Of a stretch of 64,000 bases of DNA, positions 12,936 to 22,962 are shown piece by piece. The notes beneath the pieces were generated by a model. It did not search any database, was not told the origin of the DNA, and saw only the letters and a list, made by a program, of their open reading frames with translations. Both the position numbers and the translations under genes were made by a program. Every line of letters starts with the position of its first letter. The first letter of the stretch is position 1. Location: the NCBI GenBank assembly GCA_030141605.1, contig JAQGDQ010000024.1:248001-312000 (forward strand). The letters run 5' to 3'. The stretch comes from Tubiluchus corallicola (lineage: Eukaryota > Animalia > Priapulida).

Positions 12936-15214
12936 TGTCAATTGTTATTAATTTTCAATTATTTCAAGTGTCAGGTAGAATAATCTTATAGCAATTTTAT
13001 TGCTATGAACTGATTTTAATACAAATTAAACTAGTCAGACATTTTGTAACGAGAGTATATCCTAAAATATATCTACTTTTCAAATCAATCTGAACATGTC
13101 AGTCTGTTAGGCAAATCTCTGTATTTCAGTTGATTTTTTAATTTGCAAACAACAGTAACAAATTATTTTACTTTAATGTTATCTTCATTACTCATAAGTG
13201 TGTATATACCTACAAGGGATTTTTTGTGTTTTTGCCAATGATCATGCCCAGCATCTATGTTTTTGAATTTGTAGTGCACTGTAATATGTAAAATAGGCCC
13301 TAATACTTAACGGTCTGTATAACTTAGTCATAATTATGTTAAATTAGGTTTTTCTCGTAGTGTTTTGATGTTCGTTGGCGTATTAATTATTAATTAAGAA
13401 AATGTGAAAGCTAACAAATCCGTAGCACTAAACTTGAACTTCATTTTAAGAATTTTTTTTCAAATTAACTTTGCATTATAAAGGTTAATAAGTCTGCAGC
13501 TTAATAGGCTTTAGGTGCAGACTTCTTTTTTAAGGGCTGATAAAATTTTGGCTTTTTGAATGAATTTAGTACATACACGTTAAAAGGGAAGCTTTATTTA
13601 ATGTTATTAATCCAAACCATGTGTATTGTGAAAATATCGTATTGCAGATTAATAGTTAGAGCAATACGATCAAGCCGTAGACACTGTCGTAGCGAACGGT
13701 AAAATAAAGTTGAATTAATACATTTTTCATTGTTTTGTATTGTGCCTAAATTAATAGCACATATGTGCTCGAAATAAATGATATTAGTAATGATAATAAT
13801 AAAATTAAGCCTAAGTAATAATAATTCTTTCTTTTTAGACATAAGAATTAGGTTTTATACGTTACCAGCAAATTATTAAATCGTGATTGTATAAGTGTTA
13901 ATTTGTTCTAAACCAATGCATTTTTGAGCTTTGTGTATGGTGCTGTAAAAACTTCATCTTTTAATAAAACAATTGGCAAAAGTAATGATATTTATGTTAA
14001 TGCTCATGAGTAATTAGTGTTTGGGCATTTACACATTTGCGTGAGCGATGCCGTGATCTCGTGAAGTCCTGAGGTCTTCATAGTAATTGACACTTCCGTT
14101 GCATGCCGCTTTCCAGTGCCCTGATCTCAACTAGAAACAAAAAATGGTAGAAGTTAAAACACTTTATACGAGAGATAAATAATCAAAAAGTTTTTTGCTT
14201 CACAAATTTGAATAAATCTAATGTATTTGAATGCGTTAAAGTAGTCTATACATTTTCTTCGTGAATAGGGAAATTTAGACTGTAGCTATAGCTCGGATTG
14301 TGAAGCATTAGCTAACTTGTTCCTTCTGCCAAATTTCAGCTCCCTAGCTACTCTACAAACCAAGCTATACCCATTTTTGGTTTTCACACTAGAATGGCAC
14401 TCAGGAGAGCGCAGACCACTGAGAAGTATAACTGTAGATATTTTACTAAAAGCTGTGCAGTCGTCTAGGCATCATAAGTCGTCACCAATTATTCTAACGT
14501 TATTTTTCTAACGATGCGCACTCTTGCTTTTGCAGTTTTTCTACAGCGCTCTGTTGTCACGTTGCATAGAAGCAAAAACGTCATTACATGAACGAGAACG
14601 AGAATAATTGTCAACAAAACGAAAAGTTCATGGCAAAACAGAGCTTTCTATAGGTTACTTCACAAACGTGTACACAAATCCGCAAGGAAAGTACACTTTT
14701 TACAGCAGGACGAACTGCTAGCTGATCTTTCTTCTTGCTGTTCACACTCAGTTAAAAGTGCTTTCACAAGCCATACGCTTTAAAATCGACAGTTATTAGA
14801 TTTGCCGATGAAGAATGAATTTTAGTACTTTGAAACCTTGCTGGGAGCGAGGAAGAAGTATGCTTTCTATTCACCATCAGCGAATAGCAGTGCTGAACAA
14901 CACTGGGAAACGCAAAAAAATTTGAATTTTTACTCCAGGTTTAGATTTCTAATTCGAATTGTAAAGTTCTACCAACAAATTTCAAATAAGAGAACATCAT
15001 TTCGAAGAACTTATTTTCTATAACAACGTTTTAAAATTACGCCTGCCTATATGCTGTTGTCTCCCATTGTTTATTTATTTTAAAATTGAATGTATGTCAA
15101 CGTTACGATTAGGCCTAACACTAATCGCATTAGCATATTTATATGATATTTTTGTGCATCATTAGTAGGCCTATCTCCATCACCACCACAATTACCATCA
15201 TACAAAATTTCATC

Positions 15215-15640
15215 TTATTTGCCCAGAGACGTCATTTTCTTTTTTGACACTATTGGGTGCTCAATTGAATGCATCTGTATTTGTTTGCTACTTACTTCAC
15301 CGGGATTAGTCAACCATTTTCGACCCCGTCATGACCTCAGAATTCGTCCTGGAGAACCGACAGGTTAATCGACCGTCTCCAAGGGAAGTCTCCACATTGA
15401 ATATTGGATTGTCATCTTGAAAAACAGATGGAGAATGCCCGTCAGGATTAACAGCGTTTCACTTCGACCTTGCCATGGCGATTAACACAGGTCGTATACG
15501 TTGTCGTTACCCATCGACTTGTCTTCAGAGAATCCTATAGCGACCATTGTTTTAACTTCGGCTGATATGTCAAAAAGTACAGTATTCGTGGATTTCATCT
15601 GTGTGTACATAGACACGATCTGGCACGTATCCGGTCTTCA
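15215..15640 (-). pseudogene. Disrupted DOMON-domain continuation of the Reeler ORF
   Basis: After TGA 15640-15638 the same frame reads RPDTCQIVSMYTQMKSTNTVLFDISAEVKTMVAIGFSEDKSMGNDNVY, then [frameshift] TCVNRHGKVEVK [frameshift] AVNPDGHSPSV..GRLTCRFSRT..MVD*, then GEVSSKQIQMHSIEHPIVSKKKM..K*. AIGFSxDxxMG and TCRFxR are FRRS1-family DOMON motifs. Confidence 0.85.
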
Positions 15641-16258
15641 GTTTTTCTTACCCTTTCTGAAGCAGCCCTTTTCCACGCCGCACCCTACAAATGACAAAGG
15701 AATGTGAGGTAGAATTTCGCGAGTTGTAGTTGTTGTTTCTGGCTCAGAAGTTGTAGTAGTAGTTTGCTGCTGGCTCTTCTGTTGTATATCAACTGATGTT
15801 ATTTTCTGCCAGAATTCCGTTTTTGAACGGACGACCGTAGCATAGAAATTTACTGTTCCCACTCCTTGTGGTGGCGCCCTCCATATAAATGCTTGGTCAT
15901 TCTTGTCAATATTGCTCTGATGTGTGACAGCGCTGTCAATACCAGTGTCACACTGCCGGATTTGTGTATTGGATGGTAACTGCGACAAGAAAATTCCTAC
16001 AATTGTATTCCCGGAATCGTTTCTGGCTTCAAGCATAAAACGTTTGTACGTACCTGTTATGGTTTTACTTGCATCACCACCCGGATCATACTTGTCTGAC
16101 TGAACACTGAGTGAAAAGGGAGAAGGGCCTGTACTAGGAGAAACGCCATGTTGTGGTGACATGTCGTTGCACTGGAGTTGAGGAGCACTACCAGGGTAGC
16201 AAGATGTCAGCCCGAGTGTGGTGAATACCAGGAGGCAATAGACGTTAACATTACACAT
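15638..16258 (-). CDS. Secreted Reeler-domain ORF (206 aa), N-terminal half of an FRRS1-like Reeler-DOMON gene
   Basis: Signal peptide, then YPGSAP..CNDMSPQHG..SPF..YDPG..FMLEAR..VGIF..C..SAVTH..K..FIWRAP..GTVNFYATVVRSKTEFW (Reeler), a Thr-rich linker, and GCGVEKGCFR (start of the DOMON-proximal Cys motif). Confidence 0.75.
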   Translation of the reverse strand: MCNVNVYCLLVFTTLGLTSCYPGSAPQLQCNDMSPQHGVSPSTGPSPFSLSVQSDKYDPGGDASKTITGTYKRFMLEARNDSGNTIVGIFLSQLPSNTQIRQCDTGIDSAVTHQSNIDKNDQAFIWRAPPQGVGTVNFYATVVRSKTEFWQKITSVDIQQKSQQQTTTTTSEPETTTTTREILPHIPLSFVGCGVEKGCFRKGKKN

Positions 16259-16547
16259 AGGCCCATTTACTTCAGGCTAATATATGTAGGCTATTCTCCA
16301 TTATGTGTAACTTTTTAAACTCATTTCACTCGATAGCATTTAAAACTGTAAAACACTGTAGGCCAGAAAGGAAGTCCTTTATAAACTTTAGTTTATACGC
16401 TTGAAATTTTTTTTAATCGGGCTTTCTATTAGATGTTGTGATTCATAAAAGCTAGAATGATAGAACATCCATTATAAATTCTTGTCGGTAATATTGTTAA
16501 TTGTTACACAAATAATAAGACAATATTCTAAAAACATTCCAAAATAG

Positions 16548-16920
16548 AAAACTAAACAATCTGCTGATCCCGAATGGGTACAAACGACACAAATTCCTGA
16601 TCTTACGATTTTGTTCCCAGAATCTCGCTTCTTAATAATAGTTGAGTTTACCGTTCCATTCGATATTTCAGAAAATATACAAAAAGCCAAAGATCGTGAA
16701 ACAAACCGATATGCCGCTTTAATATGAGATCTTGAAAAACAAAATTCTGAGGTGTTGTTTGGTCCATTTGAGATCAGCACTCGCGGTTTTATTTCTGAAG
16801 GCAATATGTCATTACAATTACAAATACTGTGTCAAGACTGAATTTTGTCATACGTATTTACAAACCCCTTCTAGTTTTAGCAGCATAAAGTGTGGTTTGT
16901 ACTCTACTAAACAAGGAGCA
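16548..16920 (+). mobile_element. Fragment of an R2-group (HERO/NeSL-like) non-LTR retrotransposon, restriction-like endonuclease domain
   Basis: Plus frame from 16548: QTTQIPDLTILFPESRFLIIVEFTVPFDISENIQKAKDRETNRYAALI*DLEKQNSEVLFGPFEISTRGFIS, i.e. the PD..IIELTVPF..NI..A..RK..KY..L..PFEI..RG pattern. In-frame stop at 16725-16727. Clade assignment tentative. Confidence 0.8.
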
Positions 16921-17388
16921 AACAGAACAACGACATTCTTAAATTTAGACGTGAAAGATTATTATTTAACTGAGAAAAGTGTTTGTTCCTAATCTTACTC
17001 AGTGCTTTTCCAAGAACATAATTTGGATAAGCTAACTTTTTTAAAGAAACACAAATACTGTCACTCATTTTTTGGAAGCACATGAGGTTTGACACTATCT
17101 TTGCACCATGTCAAAAGTCACAGGCAAAGTGTATCGTAAGCTCTTAAGCAATCGGACCAAACCTCATTTCCAACATAGAAGCCTGTTTGTTCACAAGCCT
17201 TTGTTAGATCTATACTATTAAAAATAACAATCATTTCTTAATTGATGTTATCCGTGACAATTACGACCATATTCTTTCCGTATCCAGGAGAACGTTGCTA
17301 TGGTTTTGCAGTATAAACATTTTTTTTGTTTCGCGAAAGAAATGGGTAATGCTTCGCCTGAAGCCAGCAAGTGACATTTCTGATTGGA

Positions 17389-18510
17389 ATGGCCAGTAAG
17401 TACGATTCATTAAAACTATATTTGCAGTAGAGCACAGAGTAGTGAGCAAACATCTAGAAAAAGTGACGAAATTGGGTCGATTCGAGTAATCTGTGAAGTA
17501 TATTTGAGTCGAGCAGTTACGCAACTGTTTTCACAAATTCTGTTAATGTATATTTTATTGCTATAATTTTTTGATGCCATTTTTAGTACAGTTGAGTGTT
17601 TCTTTTTATTTTCACACGCTTTTTCGATGTAAGAAAAAATAGATAAAACGAAAAATAAAATCTGGACTCGTCGTTGCACAGCTTGTTACCCGTTACTATT
17701 TAAAAGTATCGAAGCCAACTAAAACTGTGATATTTTCTACGTATTTTTACTTCAAGCACGAGTCAAAATCCTTAAAAACAACGAAAAATACTCGCAAAAG
17801 CTGGTTGGTTACCTCCTTTATTTTTGACAGCTTCGAGCTCTTCTAAAAGGGTTGGGTCGACCAAGAAGAGAAGCGCGGCGCGAAGTAGATCGATACAGCA
17901 TACTACAAAGCAGAAAAGGCTTCGTCAAGGTAGTAAGAGTGAAGCAAAGCCAACTACAGGACAGAAAAAACCTCGTAAAGGTAGCAAGAGTGGAGCAAAA
18001 CCAACTACAGGACAGAAAAAACCTCGTAAAGGTAGCAAGAGTGGAGAAAAGCCAACTAGAGGGGAGAAAAAGCCCCGCAAAGGTAGCAAGAGTGGAGCAA
18101 AGTCAACTACAGGACAGAAAAAACCTCGTAAAGGTAACAAGAGTGGAGCAAAGCCAACTACAGGACAGAAAAAACCTCGTAAAGGTAGCAAGAGTGGAGC
18201 AAAACCAACTACAGGACAGAAAAAACCTCGTAAAGGTAGCGAGAGTGGAGCACAACCAACTACAGGACAGAAAAAACCTCGTAAAGGTAGCAAGAGTGGA
18301 GCAAAGTCAACTACAGGACAGAAAAAGCCTTGCAAAGGTAGCAAGAGTGGCGCAAGCAAGAAAAGAAAAGAACCAAAACGGTTTCGGCCAAAAAAGCATA
18401 ATCCTATATCCATGTTGAACTGGTTGAATAGTGAATTTGCATACGTCCCGCATGTCCAGCCACGACGGCTTGGCAAGAGGGGAAATCTTGCAATGTGCTG
18501 TGTTTCGTAA
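17389..18510 (+). CDS. Putative Lys/Arg/Ser/Gly-rich 17-aa repeat protein (histone-H1-tail/protamine-like composition); 2-exon model 17389-17395 + 17831-18510, 228 aa
   Basis: The listed ORF 17824-18510 lacks an ATG but overlaps an acceptor (cctcctttatttttgacag| at 17830). ATGGCCA|GTAAGT at 17389-17401 supplies a phase-compatible start (MATSSSSKR...). Ends RRLGKRGNLAMCCVS*. No expression evidence. Confidence 0.45.
17896..18354 (+). repeat. 51-bp minisatellite, 8 near-identical copies (17947-18354) plus one degenerate upstream copy
   Basis: Unit aagccaactacaggacagaaaaaacctcgtaaaggtagcaagagtggagca = KPTTGQKKPRKGSKSGA; substitutions only, no indels. Confidence 0.97.
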
Positions 18511-20535
18511 ACCTAAACATACTAGGCAAGAGCTAATAGTGTACTGAATGACAATTTGGCGAGCTACCATTCAGTTAAAAACCGTCGAGCTCTCTTTGTG
18601 GACACACAAATTAATTCAGTCAAAGAGTTCAAGATGTACTTTAATTTATGTGTCATAATACAGTCCAAACTATATCGAGACGGGTATTTTGTATGAATTT
18701 TTTTCCTTACTAAGTAGAAGATAAGTGTAACAGGGCAGTTTCGATTGACTAACAAAAAAGAACTATTAGTTTTTGCCGACTATTAGTTCTTTGCTTGTTT
18801 GTTGCTTGCTTTCTTTTGTTGATTTCTCCATCTTTCTTTTTCCTTTCTTTTTTCTTCTTTCCTTTTTGCCGAGCTTATCTTATGACTTTAAATGGAGCGT
18901 CCTGTGATTCTGAGAAACACATTATGCGCTTTTGATTAGTTACGTGTTCTGGTAGCTGTTATTCGCTTTTGTTTCGTTTTTATTTCGGTATAGAAAATTG
19001 AGGTTACGCAAACTTTCATTCGTTCTTTTCCACACAACTATGTACCTAAGAAAATCATTTTAAAATAGAGGTTTATTATTATTACTATCATCATTATTAT
19101 TTGCTAAAACTTGCACTATACTTCTTTACGCCCGCCAGTACACTTACTCAGCATTATAAAGGATTTTCATTACACATAGGAGACACTACTAAAAATAATT
19201 AACTCTGATAGCAGAATGACGACAACAACGAGAATGATAACAGTGATTTTAATGGCTGTCAACAAGCAAATCGTGTTTAATAGTGGTGGTCACCACCCGG
19301 AAACATAGTCTTAAGAAATATAGAAATTTGTTTTACTAAAATTACCTAAATTATAGCATTAGGCAAACAAGGACTGAGGGCGCCGACACATTCAAGATTC
19401 TACGAAACTCATGTCGGTGCTGCCATCTTCTGTCGATACTTGCAGCTGAACAAGCGAATGGCAGGTTTAATAGAGGTGTTTTAGGCGTGATAATTCCTAA
19501 AATAGAGTTTTTTGTTTATTAATGTTATCAAATTTTCTGATTGGAATAATTTTTATTAAAAATTGCTTGTTTGCTATACATTGAACGGCACCGAGCGTTG
19601 TTACAACTCATTGTGTTATAAACGCCAGACATTAAACACAAAGTTTTAATCTCACTTTAACACTAATATTAAAGTTTCACTAACTTGAAATGATGAACAT
19701 AATTAACCTCATTCTGATTTCTAATTCTTTACTTTAAAATTTATTCCTTAATTCCAACTGAATTTTGTGGCGTAGCTGGAGCTTGTAGCGCTTCGGCCTT
19801 TACTTGAGTTTGCTTTGTAATTTTTGGTTGGTAAAATTTACCAGTGTTATACTGCAGTTGTGATAAATTAATTATAATTGTGGAAATAAATTGATAAAGA
19901 CTACCTAAAAATTGTTTGTGTGAACAAAAAATTCTCCCTGCGTGCTTCAAAAGCAGCAATAAGCCTACTAAGAAGCACAGATAAAAAACGTGATGTACTT
20001 CACAGTAAATTCGAGATGTGTAGGGCCTACTGCACAGAAATTCTGATAACAGGAAAAAAACTGTGTAAACATTACAAAGATATTACAAGAAAACGCGTAG
20101 TAAGTACCATTAGCGTGTTTTCCAGATTAGATTTTTTAAGTTAATAAAATTTATAGATTGTTTTAAAATACACATGTTCCATCTACATACACATACACGT
20201 ACACAAAGGCAACAGGATACATGACTGACGTTTCGCCATATTCGCCCCTATGGGTAGTTCTGAAATTCAACAAAATCGACGAAAGACGTCGGTCTTTTCT
20301 TGTTAAAAATCTTTCTAAACAATATGGCGCAGCTCAATATAGTTCGTTGATAATTCACTGCATCATTGGTCTAGTAAAATTAACACAATTATTTTAATAC
20401 CTTACATTCTTTATTCTGCTTAGCATAGATGGTTGTTGCTGGACCGTGCTGCCCTCAAACGTACTAAAAATCAACTTTTCTTGTACAGTTGGTATTGTTG
20501 GGTTTCTAGAGTTTATGAGTTAACGTGTGTGTAAG

Positions 20536-20607
20536 TCCCATATGGTCTAGTGGTTAGGATTCGGCGCTCTCACCGCCGCGGCCCGGGTTCGATTCCCGGT
20601 GTGGGAA
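20536..20607 (+). tRNA. tRNA-Glu (anticodon CTC)
   Basis: 72 nt; acceptor stem TCCCATA/TGTGGGA, box A TGGTCTAGTGG, anticodon arm CGGCG-CT-CTC-AC-CGCCG (anticodon 20569-20571), T arm CCGGG-TTCGATT-CCCGG, T5 Pol III terminator at 20612-20616. Confidence 0.97.
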
Positions 20608-22730
20608 TTAATTTTTAGCCTGTGCAAAGCTAATATGAATAAAGTACATCAGTATTGTTCTATCTGCATTTTTGCTAATAGTCAAAGCACGTTAGAAACA
20701 GGGTATATACGGTTGACCAACTTTTTATAGTTTTACCATTATAGCTGTTTCTTTTCTCTTCATCTAGCATCATCCCCTATCAAACATCTTATCACATGTG
20801 TGCTTCGGTGCAGGCAAAAACACAGCAGTGTTAACCAGACAGACAATACCAACAAATTTGCATTTCGTGTTGTATTTTGAGTATAATAAGCAATTTTTTC
20901 ATTTATTATATATATTTGCAAATATGAAACTATGAAGTGCATGCATGGAGTACAGCACGATTATGACATTATACAGTAATAGCGCGGTGTGGCTTATGCA
21001 ACAGCGTTAAAAATTGCACTATTTTAAATAAAAATATTAAAATTCTTATTTAAAAAAGGCAAGCAACCGGCGATGAAAGTGTTATTAGCCATATGTTTTA
21101 AGATGATATGTAAATGCATATGTAAGGTTACATCATGCAGTGCAAAATAATTTAAGATGAATGTAAAGCTGGTATTAAGCAAAGCTAAAAAAGCATTCGA
21201 CGTATTATTAAAGATAAATTTTGCAGATACAGGTACTTAGTTAATTTCTAGCAATGCAAAAAAAAGGCAAATTAGGCGAAGTAAACAATTGTGACTCGTG
21301 TAAACGCAATTTACAAATGATTAACTGTTTCTAAAAATTTTTGGACAACAGAAATTTTAAAAACAAAACGAAGGAATGTATTGTGACGGTATTTCACTAT
21401 TATCGTAGTTCAAATAAAACAGAAAAGCGAGGAAAACCCAAGAACGACCTGCAAAAATGACGCAGGATCGTGAAGACGGCGCTGTCGCTTTCTGATCATT
21501 ACTTCCCGTTAAAGGAAACGTGTGTTACGTAAGAGAGAGTGAATCACTGCATCGCGTGGTTGCATAGCTGATTACTAGGAAGTGTTCTCTGCGTGTAGAT
21601 ATGGGACCTAGGAAAGATGAAGAGGAGGAATATTTGCACACAAAGGTCAGAAAAATATTAGTTTAAATTGTTTTTAATTACGTTTACGTTAGTTAGACCT
21701 TTTAAAGGTTTCTAGAGTCTAGACCTTTATTATTTTTATTTGTTTAATTATATCATACTTATGCCATATAAGGCACACGAATATAAAATATCACAATTTA
21801 TCAATACACATGAATTTGCATACCATTTAAAGTCGATTGGATGATGATTCACATGGCTCGCCAAGAATAAGAAAAGGATAGAAATGTAACATTAAAATAC
21901 CAAATTATCTCAAAATTTTCAGTAAATAATATTAAAGAGTAATATTTTCAAAATTAAAAATTAACAAAGTGCAGTATCCTGCCATTAAACTTGCAAGAGG
22001 ATAAGATGGAAATGTGTGTAATGTGTGTGGCAAGTTCTATTTCCGTATTTCAGATGGATGCAAATATATAACTTATTTATGCTGCATTGTTCAATATAAC
22101 ATTTAATGTACAATTTTTTATTTATGTATATAATATATATATATAATACTAATACTGCATATAATACTAGCTAAAAGTGTTGATTATTTGAAACAAATAA
22201 AACTAAGTTAACTTCAAATATGTTATGAATTTAGCTGTTGTCAGTAATTTGTACAGAAATGTTTTTAATGGGCTAAAACTCCAGCTGCTGATCGATTAAC
22301 AGACGCCAGTTGCTACTCTGTTCTCAGAACAAACGTAGTCTTGACGCATTACAACTGTTGCAAAGTTCCAGTAAAATTTGGAGTATTACCGAGAAAGCAA
22401 AATCAATTTCTGTTGTCTGTTGTTTTTGCTTCTGCGTGCTTCGACTGATTTGACGCATTTTTATGGCGGAAAAAACTTGTAGGAATGACTGAAAGACTGG
22501 AAGTACTAGCGTCTTCACTGTTTTCCGGTCTTTGGGAGATTGGGGGGAGGGGTGAAGGGTTACGGAGTGTAATGTCAACTAATGTGATGGGAGACATTAG
22601 TTATACAGACCTGTCGGAAGAGTTAGCAGCAGGACAGAAAATGCTGAAAAAACTTTAGGGGAATTGAAGTTAAGCGGAAGCCTAGAACAAAAGTATAATT
22701 ATCTAAGGAGTGTGGCATATATGTTTGAAT

Positions 22731-22921
22731 CAATGAACAAATGAATGAATGAATGAATGAATGAATGAATGAAAGAATGAATGAATAAATGAATGAATGA
22801 ATGAATGAATGAATGAATGAATGAATGAATGAATGAATGAATGAACGAACGAACGAACGAACGAACGAACGAACGAACGAATGAATGAATGAATGAATGA
22901 ATGGATAAATGAATGAATGAT

Positions 22922-22959
<38 letters not shown>

Positions 22960-22962
22960 TGA
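22731..22962. repeat. Compound tetranucleotide microsatellite (GAAT)n-(GAAC)n-(GAAT)n-(CAAT)n
   Basis: Directly visible; source of the FIHS-repeat ORFs. Confidence 0.97.

Noticed and set aside
15638-15640. Selenocysteine codon (TGA aligned to a conserved Cys)
   Set aside because: The downstream DOMON sequence has two frameshifts, a stop and a deletion. The only ATGA..GA candidate downstream (~15120-15165, minus strand) lacks a proper SECIS helix II. A TGY-to-TGA nonsense mutation is simpler.
17852-18476. Overlapping ORFs 17852-18418 (+) and 17925-18476 (-) as additional genes
   Set aside because: Open only because the 51-bp unit lacks stops in those frames; no start or splice support.
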